Shown: positions 21,157 to 31,566, counted from the stretch's first letter. The stretch is 64,000 bases of DNA from Synechococcus sp. (GCA_051439605.1 JBFRWN010000016.1:9927-73926); one strand, 5' to 3'. A program made the numbers and translations. The notes: generated from the letters alone by a model not told the origin.

Positions 21157-22335
21157 CTAAACATCAACATTAGGGACATAGAATTTATTGCCAATAAATA
21201 GTCCCAAAGCAACTAATAGAAGGGAAGAACCTATCACTTGAAAAGCGATAGAGAATTGAAGCCAATGAATAAGAATACCCGCGCAAATGGGGCCAGCAAC
21301 TTTACCAGCATTATTTAAAGTGCCAACCAATCCAAGAGTCGCACCTAAACTATTTCTGTCAGTCCACTTTACGACTAATGCCATCATCGACGGTGCAATC
21401 AATGCTTGTGCAAAACCCATTAATATAAAAGCGACAAGAAGATATAAATAATTCTGGGCGGAGACAACTAGAGGAAGTGCTAATCCTAATAGAATTAATC
21501 CAATAGAAACAGGGAGAAAATATCCTTTCAGATCGCCTATCCGCCCAGCCCATGGTTTGAAAATTAGATGGGTTAGTTCTTGAATGGAAAAAAGGGCACC
21601 TACAACGCCGATGCTAATTTGCAGTGAAAGTGCATACACAGGTAAAAATGCTTTAACAGCATATAAAGCAACATACATCATGGCTTGCAAACTACCAGCT
21701 AGCCAAACAAATGGAGAACGCCCACCAAGATGCAAGGTTTGCAAAACTTGCCGAGAGACCGAGATGTTGGGCTTGACCTTGACAGGAACAGCATCTGACA
21801 AGCTGAGGGCTGGAAAGAACGCTGTGATACTCAAAATGCCTGTAATGATATAGATATTAGATGGAGAGAATGATAACAATAGCCAACTTGCAGTCAAAGG
21901 GCCAACGATATATCCCGCACTTCGGGCAATACTAAACCAACCGATACGTTCTGCTAAATATTTTGGAGATTTCTGGGAAATGTAGGCAAGAGTCACGGGG
22001 CCGTAGATGGCTGTTGCAAGTCCGTGCACGATGCGTACAATCGCTAGCTGGAACGGCGTGTGAACAAACTGATAGGCAAACGGAACAATCGCGAAAAAAC
22101 TAGTTCCTAGCAATATCCATAATCGACGTCCAAAAATATCCGAAAAAGCCCCGACCAAGGGTTTGAGTATCATCCCCGTACAAGTTGAGATTGAGACAAT
22201 TAGACCCAGCGAAACGTCACTCGCCCCCAGTGAGGCAGCAAAGATAGGCAAAAGAGGACTTTTACCCATTTGGTAAGCAGAACGAACAATGAAATCTGCA
22301 AAAGTTAAAGGGAGAACTGCCCGAAACTGAAGCAT
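21157..22335 (-). CDS. MFS transporter
   Basis: About 12 hydrophobic segments, with motif A GAFSDIFGRR and a second copy GRIGDLKG. Confidence 0.9.
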   Translation of the reverse strand: MLQFRAVLPLTFADFIVRSAYQMGKSPLLPIFAASLGASDVSLGLIVSISTCTGMILKPLVGAFSDIFGRRLWILLGTSFFAIVPFAYQFVHTPFQLAIVRIVHGLATAIYGPVTLAYISQKSPKYLAERIGWFSIARSAGYIVGPLTASWLLLSFSPSNIYIITGILSITAFFPALSLSDAVPVKVKPNISVSRQVLQTLHLGGRSPFVWLAGSLQAMMYVALYAVKAFLPVYALSLQISIGVVGALFSIQELTHLIFKPWAGRIGDLKGYFLPVSIGLILLGLALPLVVSAQNYLYLLVAFILMGFAQALIAPSMMALVVKWTDRNSLGATLGLVGTLNNAGKVAGPICAGILIHWLQFSIAFQVIGSSLLLVALGLFIGNKFYVPNVDV

Positions 22336-23121
22336 AAGAGCACTAGATAAAACTGCTAGATATTATTTTGTATAGTCATATTCGACCCATTTTATTTAAG
22401 ATCTGAGAATCAATGAATACTTGCTGATAGCTTGCCCGTGCTTAATTCGCCCTTGATTGGACAAGAGGAAAGGCTGAGATTATCTTTTTTGAAAACCGCG
22501 AGAATAGACTAATCATATTCATCACCAAGGGCTGACAAGCCCTGTAGAAATAAGCCAGCAGGTAAAGTAAGTGATATGGCGAGCCGATATCTCCTTTGTT
22601 GCTGCAGGGATTATACCTAATTAAGGGTGAAGAAATAAATCTTTGGCAAGAGTTCGCAATTGAATTCGCAACTCCAGTCCACACCTCAATAGATAGAGCA
22701 TTCTTAAGATATATATAGGTTTATTGTTCAGACTGGATTCTAGTACAGCAGCTGAAATCTTTGTCAGTCCTGATTAAAACGTAGGTTTGCCCTCTTGATT
22801 TGTCATGATTCTCAACAAATACGTTAATTCTTTTTATGCATAGGGAGCTTAGCGATCAGAGAACAAATATTCATAAATAAAGTCTTGATTTCGTTGTAAG
22901 ATAGGATCCTAAAATATATGATTTGACTCTTGCAGCACAGATATGATTTTCGGGCAGCTGTCCGTAATGTTGAACTCGTCTGTCAATAAGAATGAAAGAA
23001 AACTGTCTTCAACATTAGTTAGACAATGAGGAAAATCTACCCCTCTAATTGATAGGGGATCTCTTGTTCTTTGACCTTCTAGACAGCATTTGAGCTTGAT
23101 CGTTAAGGAGTTATAGATCGC

Positions 23122-26028
23122 ATGCGTGGACCACAAGATACGTTCATTGATTCTCAGGAAGGATTTCGACCGCCAGGAGGCAAGTTGCTGCAGAGACAAT
23201 TGCAGTGGCTTGAGAGCGCTGGGTTCACTGAAGCTGCTGCTGCTGCCATTCAAACGGCAGTTGATGAAGAAACGCGGGCGGAGTTTCAAACACGTGACGT
23301 ACAATTTACAGCTACCCCCACTGGTCAACCCACTGACTTTACGGCAGTACCGGAGGCTGGGGTAGGTATAGCAACAGAAGAGATTGCCCAGCTATTTCGG
23401 GACACAGCAGAACGTCTAGGTCCTCCGACTGCAGCGGGACCACAATGGCGATCGCTTGGACCCACTACTATTCCTAACGGACAGACCTACGGTTCAAGCC
23501 GAGTCAATGTATCTGGGCGAATAGCCTCAGTCATTGTCGATTCAGAGAATTCTGCCCACGTTCTCGTCGGTACTGCCAACGGAGGTGTGTGGGAAAGTTT
23601 CGATCGAGGGGGTAGTTGGGAACCTCGTTCAGACTATGCAGCAACGCTTAGTGTAGGTGTCTTAGCATTTGACCCGAGCGATTCTTCGATCGTTTACTGC
23701 GGGACTGGTGAAGGAAACGCCTGGTACAATGCGCCTCTCGGTGTAGGGATCTTGCGTTCGTCAGATGGCGGAACAACCTGGGTAACCCTCTGCACAAATC
23801 CCTTTGTTGGTCAAGGGTTCTACGATCTGATTGTCGACCCAGCCGACGGACAACATTTGCTTGCTGGTACGACAAATGGGCTGTATGTCTCAACAGATGG
23901 TGGTGTCACTTGGATACAACGGCGGGCAGTAGAAACGTGGTCCTTGTCTATTGCGCCCGGAGGCTCCCCATCGGCAGAAATCATCGCCGGCTGCATCGAC
24001 GGCCTTTGGAGTTCGCCAAATGGTGGGAACACTTGGACTCAGGTATCGTTACCTGGCGCTCCCGGTTCGTTTAACCGTCTCGAAGCAGATATTGCTCCCT
24101 CCAACCCTTCAGTTGCTTATGCTTGGGGAGCGATTAGTAGCGGAGCAGCTTTTCTGTGGCGAAGAGCTGGCGGAATTTGGACGGCATTAGCGACACCTCC
24201 AGGGGTGCAGACTGGCCAAGCCTGGTATGACTGGTTCGTTGCAGCAGCCCCTGACAGTGATACGCAGGTGTACTGTGGGGCAATTCAAGTCCATCGAGGC
24301 GATCTAACTGGGGGGGGCTGGACATGGATTAATCTCACCAATAAAGGCAGCACGGGAGATTCCATCCATCCAGATCAACATGCCATAGCTTTTGAACCGG
24401 GAAATCCCGACACCATATACGTTGGCAACGATGGTGGTCTTTACCGCAGCAATGACCGCGGCATTAACTGGCAGCACTGCAATAATGGCCTAGTCATTAC
24501 AGAGTTTGAATATCTTGCCCAAGATCCCAACTCAGCCCAATGGTTAATTGGCGGAACTCAGGATAATGGCACTCAGCGCTGGACAGGATCGTCTGTCCAC
24601 GATCATGTAGCTGATGGTGACGGAGGTGATTGCGGTGTTAATCAGAGTAATCCCGATATCGTCTTCCATACTTACTTTCGTATGAGCCCGGAACGCTCAA
24701 CCAGTAGGGGAAACTTTGGTACGTGGACATTTATTCCACCCCCCGTTCCTAGTGGAGAAGGCAGTCTGTTCTATCCGCCGTTTGAAACCAGTGCTACCAA
24801 CGGTGACACCATTGCCATGGGAGGCGATGCTCTTTATGTTTCTCGTAATAACGGCAGCAGTTGGACGCGGCTCACATATCCGAGTCGTGCTCGAGCGAGT
24901 GCGATGTATATCCCCAATGCCGATCGTGTATATGTTGGAACGACCAGTGGGCAAATCTTCCGCACAGAATGGAATGGTTTGAATTGGGCCGCACTTACCG
25001 CTTTAATAACTCCTCGTTCCAATGCATATGTGAGCGATCTGTTTGTCGATCCAAACAATCTGTTACGGATGTGGGCGACCCACCGAACGGTTGGGGGTGG
25101 ACGAGTCTTCCGCTCAGACAATGGTGGCTCGTCTTGGAGCGATCGCACGGCTGGATTGCCAGGGCTACCCATCAATGCGATCGCGATCGATCCAACGAAT
25201 GACGGTCGGATCTGGGTTGCAGCCGACCTAGGCGTTTATCAGAGTCTTGATGGTGGAGCAACTTGGTCTGACTTCTCCAACGGGTTACCCCATATGGTAG
25301 TAGGGGACATCCTGTTTCATCCCTCTAACCGTCTCCTCAGAGCAGGCACACGCAATCGAGGTATTTGGGAAATTTCAGTTGATGGCACCCCACCTTTACC
25401 GGAATTGGAAATCAACGGGCAAGAGGTTCTAGGAGCAATCAACTTTGCAGGCGAAAGCGACCTCTATACCTTTAGAGTGGCAACGGAGGGTAGGTATACG
25501 ATTGAAACGTCTGGAACTATAGATACTTTCTTGAGTCTGTTTGGTCCAGATAGCGAGACAAACCTGATTGCCACAGATGATGACAGTGGACCTGGAACAT
25601 TGTCATTACTGGTCCAGGATTTAGACATTGGCCAGTACTTCGTGAGAGTTCGCCATTTTAGTTCAAGAGGTACGGGTTCCTATGGAATCTCGGTCCGGTC
25701 AAACACCGATCCCGAACCGGTGAGGATACAAGTCAATGGTCCGGAAGTTCAAGGAAATATTGGGGAGCCAGCGGAAAGCGATCTGTTTACCTTTAACGTG
25801 GTAACGGCAGAGGAACATATCATTGAAACATCAGGTACAACTGATACGTTCCTTGCTCTGTTTGGACCCAACAGCGATACCGACCTCATTACCCAAGACG
25901 ATGATAGCGGGCCTGGTTTGCTATCTCGCATTCAGGAGTTTTTAGCAGTCGGCACGTATTTTGTCCGAGTCAGGCACTACAGTCCCACTCGCACAGGAGC
26001 TTATGGAGTCAGAGTCCGAAGAGTTTAA
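23122..26028 (+). CDS. BNR/Asp-box (VPS10/sialidase-like) beta-propeller protein with two C-terminal PPC-like domains
   Basis: Many S-x-D-G-G-x-T/S-W Asp boxes, HPDQH..F.P and GGTQDNG motifs, and two near-identical C-terminal domains (ESDL.TF...IETSGT.DT.L.LFGP...DDDSGPG). Confidence 0.85.
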   Translation: MRGPQDTFIDSQEGFRPPGGKLLQRQLQWLESAGFTEAAAAAIQTAVDEETRAEFQTRDVQFTATPTGQPTDFTAVPEAGVGIATEEIAQLFRDTAERLGPPTAAGPQWRSLGPTTIPNGQTYGSSRVNVSGRIASVIVDSENSAHVLVGTANGGVWESFDRGGSWEPRSDYAATLSVGVLAFDPSDSSIVYCGTGEGNAWYNAPLGVGILRSSDGGTTWVTLCTNPFVGQGFYDLIVDPADGQHLLAGTTNGLYVSTDGGVTWIQRRAVETWSLSIAPGGSPSAEIIAGCIDGLWSSPNGGNTWTQVSLPGAPGSFNRLEADIAPSNPSVAYAWGAISSGAAFLWRRAGGIWTALATPPGVQTGQAWYDWFVAAAPDSDTQVYCGAIQVHRGDLTGGGWTWINLTNKGSTGDSIHPDQHAIAFEPGNPDTIYVGNDGGLYRSNDRGINWQHCNNGLVITEFEYLAQDPNSAQWLIGGTQDNGTQRWTGSSVHDHVADGDGGDCGVNQSNPDIVFHTYFRMSPERSTSRGNFGTWTFIPPPVPSGEGSLFYPPFETSATNGDTIAMGGDALYVSRNNGSSWTRLTYPSRARASAMYIPNADRVYVGTTSGQIFRTEWNGLNWAALTALITPRSNAYVSDLFVDPNNLLRMWATHRTVGGGRVFRSDNGGSSWSDRTAGLPGLPINAIAIDPTNDGRIWVAADLGVYQSLDGGATWSDFSNGLPHMVVGDILFHPSNRLLRAGTRNRGIWEISVDGTPPLPELEINGQEVLGAINFAGESDLYTFRVATEGRYTIETSGTIDTFLSLFGPDSETNLIATDDDSGPGTLSLLVQDLDIGQYFVRVRHFSSRGTGSYGISVRSNTDPEPVRIQVNGPEVQGNIGEPAESDLFTFNVVTAEEHIIETSGTTDTFLALFGPNSDTDLITQDDDSGPGLLSRIQEFLAVGTYFVRVRHYSPTRTGAYGVRVRRV

Positions 26029-26267
26029 CTAACTTTGTGGCTTGGTTCGAGTGTTTATCGGCAGGGTAACACTTTGAGAACAGGACAGATGCCGAGAACT
26101 CCGATTTTGCAGGGTCTTAGGCTTTGATGTTCGACAGGAAGTGTTACTCTCTGTTGAACCCTATTTAGTTCCAACCTCTGTGTAAGAGTGAAGAGATAAT
26201 ACTTGGAATTGTCAGAAACTATTGCTTTTCCATCATTGTCTATTTTCATATCCGTGAATGGCTGTCT

Positions 26268-26786
26268 ATGTTTTTCAGTATTTCTTCAGTTTTGCTCCTG
26301 AATGCTCATATAGTTATTACGCAAAGGGCAATCCAAGACACTTTATTGGCAACAAATTTTTATGAGGTTCACCAGAGTTGGTCCATTGAAAGTCAGCAAA
26401 TATTGAGTTGTTTACCCAAAATGAGTGAAATTGTCCAGCTAGCAAAAAATGCTACAGATGGGATGAGTTCTCCTCCCCGAATCTATAAAACATCGGGAAA
26501 TAGTACAAGTTTGTGGCCAGACCAACCCGGTGAACTAGAAACCTCATATGCAACGGGTGGAATGCAACGCCCCGACGAGGACATTTTTGCAGGGACGTTT
26601 CCTATGACACTGACGACAGTGTTGGAGGCTAGCGCTCCCCAGGGAAGTTTTGAAGTGATATTCCAAGCCGAATGGGGTCCATCTAACGAGACACTATTGC
26701 ATGCTTGGAAATTCCACGTGGGTCCAGATCGTCAAGTGACCTTCATAGGGGAGGAAGGAGACGAGCTGCCTCCCCTTCCCATGTAG
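26268..26786 (+). CDS. Hypothetical protein
   Basis: A 172-aa ORF with no recognised motif. The start position is uncertain. Confidence 0.45.
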   Translation: MFFSISSVLLLNAHIVITQRAIQDTLLATNFYEVHQSWSIESQQILSCLPKMSEIVQLAKNATDGMSSPPRIYKTSGNSTSLWPDQPGELETSYATGGMQRPDEDIFAGTFPMTLTTVLEASAPQGSFEVIFQAEWGPSNETLLHAWKFHVGPDRQVTFIGEEGDELPPLPM

Positions 26787-26799
26787 ATGGATTCCGATG

Positions 26800-26990
26800 C
26801 TAGATGCCTATCGACGACGGCAGAACCACTATGTCAAGATTCAGGCGAGGTTGAACCGAGCAGTTGCGGCTCTTCGCATCATTCATAACAGGGTACGACC
26901 CCATTCTTCTCTAACTAAGGAAACCACACCAGCTTGACCATCGCTTGATTGACAGACCGCTCACGCTCTTAGAAATCCTCTTCTGTCGAA
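26800..26990 (+). pseudogene. IS1-family-like transposase C-terminal remnant
   Basis: AYRRRQNHYVKIQARLNRAVAALRIIHNRVRPHSSLTKETTPA* resembles the RRxN..K...HNxxRPH..L...TPAMA tail of these transposases. Confidence 0.65.
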
Positions 26991-27502
26991 GACTTCAAGA
27001 CTCACACTAAACCTCTTTCCAGGGCTGAGCTTGGTGCCGGGATCAATAGCTAGGGCGATCGCCATCACAGAAGAAGCATTTATGATACACAGGTAACCCT
27101 AATCACCTGCGTAATTCCAACAGTATACGGGCACAAAACAAAATGCAATTGTTACAAGTCAAAAGCAGAAAAACCCTGATGACAATTGATTAAATTGATA
27201 CACTTTCCTCTCTCTGAATTGCTGTCGATCACTATTTTTAAATACTTTTTTCTGGCTGTATAAGCTATGGTTGCGAAATAAAGCTTGATTTCAAAATCAA
27301 GTTCGCAAAAATGTGAATTTTATTTACGAAATCAGAGGAACTATACTTTCCTGACTTAGCTGATTTCCTTTCAGGAAGGAAGGTTAAATGTTTCAGATAG
27401 ATTATCCGCAACCGATTGGTTTGACAGAACATATTGAGGAACTTATCGAGATAATTCAATTCTCCTTAGCTATCCACCAGACGACGGAGAGTAGATAGAC
27501 CT

Positions 27503-28750
27503 GTGGAAACCTATTTCTTCCATCGTCAGGATATGAAACAGATTTCTCCTGCCTGCTTGCCGTTCGACAGGCAGCATAAGCAGAAAACTGCAGAGAGTTC
27601 CACAGACTGTCTAGAAGAGCTCGGCGATTTCTCCCCCTTAGCCTCGCTGGATATGCGTGGAGTATGCCGAAGGCAGGTGGAAGAATTAACAGAACAGTTA
27701 CCCGCGATTGGTGCAAGAATTGTTTTCCATGCTTCAGGCATAGATAGTTGGCAAATTGTTGATGGGTCGAACAACTCTAGTCAATTCCTACAGGCTATTC
27801 CTAACCGCCAAAAGTTGGAGCCTTGGTTAAACCAGCAGCTAGAGATATTGAGGCCGAGCTTGGTTTCAAGGCTCCTTCCCACCAGAAAGAAAGCCAATAG
27901 CAATAGCAGCAATCGCCATACGCATCTGAGGACTGATGAGTTCATCTATCTGTGTGTATTGAATCGTGTTAACGACTGTGAAGAGTATCTGTTGCTGGTA
28001 ACTGACTTCCTCTTAACTGCCTCCCAACAAAAGTCAGTTTCTCAACGGGCACATTTGTTGAGGGATTATCTGATGGCTTATCGCGCCCACCTGCAGAGCC
28101 AGGAAAGAGTCTTGGAACAAAGAATGCGCCAAGTCGAACATCAATTGCGCAATCCTCTGGCTACCATCGAATTGTTTGCCGAAACCTTATGTTTGCAACT
28201 TCCTCCTGGGGAACTGCGCGAGCAGGCTAAGTGCATTAAGACGGCCGTTGATGATTTGGACGATCGCCTAAAGCAGTTGCTTACCAGTGCTCGGCCCCCA
28301 GGATCGAATGTTCGTTGCGACTTGCGCAACATTGTATTGGATGCGATCTCGGTGCTCAAACCCAATTGGCAGGCCAAGCAACTCCAAATAGATGTGCCTG
28401 AAACCCCACTATTTGTCTCGGTCAATCGCTCTCAAATTAAGCAGGTGTTTGAAAATCTGTTGACGAATGCCATTTACTTTAGTCCGCATGGAAGTGCCAT
28501 TATCTGCAGTTGGAGGCCGTTTCATCAAGAGGTATTGGTTGAAATTTCAGATCGGGGACCTGGCTTGCGTCCTCAAGATGTAACCTCTGCTTTTCTGCCC
28601 TACTATTCTCGCCGTCAGGGGGGTACTGGTTTGGGACTGACGATTGCGAAACGTTTTATCCGCGAGCATAACGGAGATATTTGGTGCCAAACCTTGCCGG
28701 AAGGAGGGGCCCAGTTTTCCTTCACTCTGAAAAAGATGGCTTTGGATTAA
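27503..28750 (+). CDS. Cytoplasmic sensor histidine kinase
   Basis: H-box EHQLRNPL, N-box FENLLTNA, G1 DRGPG and G2 GGTGLGL. No TM segment. Confidence 0.92.
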   Translation: METYFFHRQDMKQISPACLPFDRQHKQKTAESSTDCLEELGDFSPLASLDMRGVCRRQVEELTEQLPAIGARIVFHASGIDSWQIVDGSNNSSQFLQAIPNRQKLEPWLNQQLEILRPSLVSRLLPTRKKANSNSSNRHTHLRTDEFIYLCVLNRVNDCEEYLLLVTDFLLTASQQKSVSQRAHLLRDYLMAYRAHLQSQERVLEQRMRQVEHQLRNPLATIELFAETLCLQLPPGELREQAKCIKTAVDDLDDRLKQLLTSARPPGSNVRCDLRNIVLDAISVLKPNWQAKQLQIDVPETPLFVSVNRSQIKQVFENLLTNAIYFSPHGSAIICSWRPFHQEVLVEISDRGPGLRPQDVTSAFLPYYSRRQGGTGLGLTIAKRFIREHNGDIWCQTLPEGGAQFSFTLKKMALD

Positions 28751-28790
28751 TTGTTCAGTTGCTTAGCGATTCTTTGCCTGCGAGTTGCCC

Positions 28791-29468
28791 ATGAACCAGC
28801 CAACGCCTCTTTCGCTGCTTTTAGTCGATGACGAACCCCAGTTTCGCAACGGTTTGCGCACTTTGCTGGAATTCTACAGCTCTAAGGGATTGGGGCTCAT
28901 TCAAGTGGTCGGAGAAGCAGCATCTTCCAGCCAGGCGCTCAAGCTGGCGTCCGAGCAACATCCCGCCTTGACGCTGCTGGATATGGAATTAGCGGCTGAT
29001 GATGGGGTGGATGTGTTGCTGGGTTTGAAGGATCGTGATTACGATGGCAAAGTGCTGGTGCTGTCAGCCCACCGTGAAGACGAACGGGTGTATCGGGCGA
29101 TGCAAGCGGGGGCGAACGGGTACGTTTTCAAACATCGGCTCGCCAGCCAGCTGTGCGACGCGATCGCCACAGTGATGGACGGAGAGATTTATCTATCGCC
29201 GGAGGTGGTCACGGGGTTTTTCCGCATGTTCAATTTTTATGCGGGACACTCGTTGCAGGTCTGTCGAGAGATGAATTTGACGGAACGGGAGCAAGAGGTA
29301 TTGCATTGGCTGGTTCAGGGGGAGTCTAACGAAGCGATCGCCAGTCATCTATACGTCACGGTGGCCACGGTGAAAGCTCATCTGACGGCGATCTTTTCGA
29401 AATTACAGGTCAAGAGCCGCACGCAAGCGATTGTCAAAGCCTTGAAACTGGGTTTGGTCTCGGGGTAA
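28791..29468 (+). CDS. NarL/LuxR-family response regulator
   Basis: Receiver motifs LVDD, LLDME and GYVFK. HTH LTEREQEVL...SNEAIA..L..TVATVKAHL. Confidence 0.95.
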   Translation: MNQPTPLSLLLVDDEPQFRNGLRTLLEFYSSKGLGLIQVVGEAASSSQALKLASEQHPALTLLDMELAADDGVDVLLGLKDRDYDGKVLVLSAHREDERVYRAMQAGANGYVFKHRLASQLCDAIATVMDGEIYLSPEVVTGFFRMFNFYAGHSLQVCREMNLTEREQEVLHWLVQGESNEAIASHLYVTVATVKAHLTAIFSKLQVKSRTQAIVKALKLGLVSG

Positions 29469-29808
29469 ACCGCGTTTGGATTCGGATATTTATTACTTTA
29501 AGAACTCTTCATTCGACTTTTTTATCATCCTCTACAGACGTTTTTTCTGTAGGTGTGAAAATAGGGTTGAATGCTATTCGCCTGCGATTTCATGACTCGA
29601 ATCGAGTTATATTTATTGCAGATTGAGTCAGAGACTTTATCCAATTTTTTTTTGAGCTCGTGACGCATTCGACAGTTTGAGACTAGGCCTAGCGATCGCC
29701 GATTCTGTCAAGTTTGTCTGACAATACACCATATATGAACTGAAAATTCACCAACAGGTTCCAGCTAAATACACTTCTCATAGATACTATCCGGAATAGC
29801 TATCGCGC

Positions 29809-29869
29809 TAATGCCCCAATATTGGGTGATTCGTACGACACTTGGGTATCACCCAATATTGGGGCATTA
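29809..29869. repeat. Perfect 22-bp inverted repeat
   Basis: TAATGCCCCAATATTGGGTGAT (29809-29830) and its reverse complement (29848-29869) are separated by a 17-nt spacer. Confidence 0.85.
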
Positions 29870-30269
29870 TCCGGCCTGAGTCCGTATATTGAATGGTTAT
29901 GCTGAGGCATCCTTATGAGATTGTATCTCCACTAAGGTGGGTTTAATGCGGGAAATCACCAAGCACTGTCACCATGTTAAACAGTGTAACGCCGTTTAGT
30001 ATTCCATATAGGTGCGTTATACGGCTCAGGGATATATAGTATGAGCCACAAGGGTGTTCTACGGCTCCAAGAAATATAGAATGACATCTGAGCATGCTAT
30101 CAGGCTTCAAGCTATTGAATAATAGTTAGGCTTCAAATGGGTCTTTTATGCCTTTTCAGATACAGTTTTCGTTTCATCTAAAGGATCAGATAGAAGGCTT
30201 TTGTGTGGGATATAATTTTTTTTAGGATAAACCAAAACAGCTTATAGATGGAGTTGATTAAGGCTGAGA

Positions 30270-30830
30270 GTGCAGGAAGATATCATGATAAGCAAAGTAG
30301 GATTTGATTTTGATGAATTTGGCGGTAATGTCGATATTGTCATTGTGAAAGGCAATAAAGATCGGTTAACGAATGCCAGGTATCTGAAATCTCTTCAAGG
30401 CAATTGGAAGTTTGAGCAACAACAAGATCAAGCGTGGAGTTTTTATCACGGGATGAGATACCCAGCAGAAGGAGTTGAAGCGTTAGCGAAAGAGTTATCG
30501 AAAGAGTTCTCGACAAGGGCGATTTATTTTTACTTCGGAGACGCATCGGGCTGGATGGGCTACAAGCTATTTGTGAATGGCGAAGAAAGTGAAGAGTATA
30601 GTTTTGGCGTAGACTATGATGAGGAATTGGCTGAGGCCGGGATTGACTTAGCGGAGACGAGAAAAGCGGGTACGTTGGTTACAAGTAATGAGGATGGGTA
30701 TCAGTGTTTATTTTGGAGCTTGCTTCGTACGAAAGCAGAAGATGAAATCAGCGGTGGAGAAAAATTCATCGATGAGTTTCTACGTAATGAAAGCGCCTAT
30801 ATTGGCTGGGATTTATTCCCTAATAGCTAA
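30270..30830 (+). CDS. Hypothetical acidic protein (cassette-like orphan)
   Basis: An AT-rich 186-aa ORF with plausible composition and no recognised family. Confidence 0.65.
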   Translation: MQEDIMISKVGFDFDEFGGNVDIVIVKGNKDRLTNARYLKSLQGNWKFEQQQDQAWSFYHGMRYPAEGVEALAKELSKEFSTRAIYFYFGDASGWMGYKLFVNGEESEEYSFGVDYDEELAEAGIDLAETRKAGTLVTSNEDGYQCLFWSLLRTKAEDEISGGEKFIDEFLRNESAYIGWDLFPNS

Positions 30831-31128
30831 ATGATTTTTAATAAAAAAGGGAAAATCAAGTGTAAGCCTACTAAAGAGTTAGACAGCAATTCCAAAAGAC
30901 TAAATTTGTTTATAATCAATGCAAAATCTTTCTGAAGATACAGTCCTAAAAAAGCTTGCATCAGGATCACCTTATTGAGTTTTTGAAGGTGATGGACATT
31001 ACCGGTTCCAATGTTGCTCTGTTCATGGAGGAAAGGAAGAAACTAATCGAATTGGTTATGATAGCCTTGGTTCGGCTTAAAGAGCTGGGAAGGCATTTAT
31101 TGAGAGAAAAATAGAGGACGATAATGCA

Positions 31129-31458
31129 GTGTCAAATCTTGAGATTAGGTGGCCGTGGACTATGCTGCCTCTGTCGGTAGCCGATGAATACATCAAGTAT
31201 CTTCAGGAGCAAATCGATTTCGAACATCCACTCTATGGAAAGAAGGTGTTTCCGTCTTGCATAAGAGAAGATAGCCGGGATCCCATTATTCAATTTGATC
31301 TTGATGACGACAATTCCTATGCCATTGTTTTCTTCGGCGAGAAGCGGCTATTTGGCAATAAGAAAATGCCAAGGGTAGAGATTATAGCCTCGGTTTCCGA
31401 TCTTCAGAAACGCTTTGACCAAGATCGTCGTAACGCGATGGAGAGCCTCGATGATTAG
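31129..31458 (+). CDS. Hypothetical protein (cassette-like orphan)
   Basis: A 109-aa ORF preceded by GAGG and followed 16 bp after its stop by an attC-like site. Confidence 0.65.
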   Translation: MSNLEIRWPWTMLPLSVADEYIKYLQEQIDFEHPLYGKKVFPSCIREDSRDPIIQFDLDDDNSYAIVFFGEKRLFGNKKMPRVEIIASVSDLQKRFDQDRRNAMESLDD

Positions 31459-31473
31459 AATAAACCTCTGCAT

Positions 31474-31562
31474 GCCTAACCCTGCGTTGGAGCGGATGTG
31501 AGTGCTAAAGGGTCGGGCGTCATAATAAAATCATTTCTCACCACTCAACTTCGCCGTTAGCC
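31474..31562 (+). mobile_element. Integron attC-like recombination site
   Basis: R'' GCCTAAC, 5 nt, L'' GTTGGAGCGG ... L' CCACTCAAC, 6 nt, R' GTTAGCC. L'' has one extra G relative to the complement of L'. Confidence 0.72.
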
Positions 31563-31566
31563 TCCA

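Noticed and set aside
22336..23121. Short ORFs 22442-22684 and 22909-23328
   Set aside because: AT-rich intergenic or antisense frames without motifs.
30866..30890. GCCTACTAAAGAGTTAGACAGC as the left half of a further attC site
   Set aside because: The R'' box is imperfect and no complementary right half is visible.
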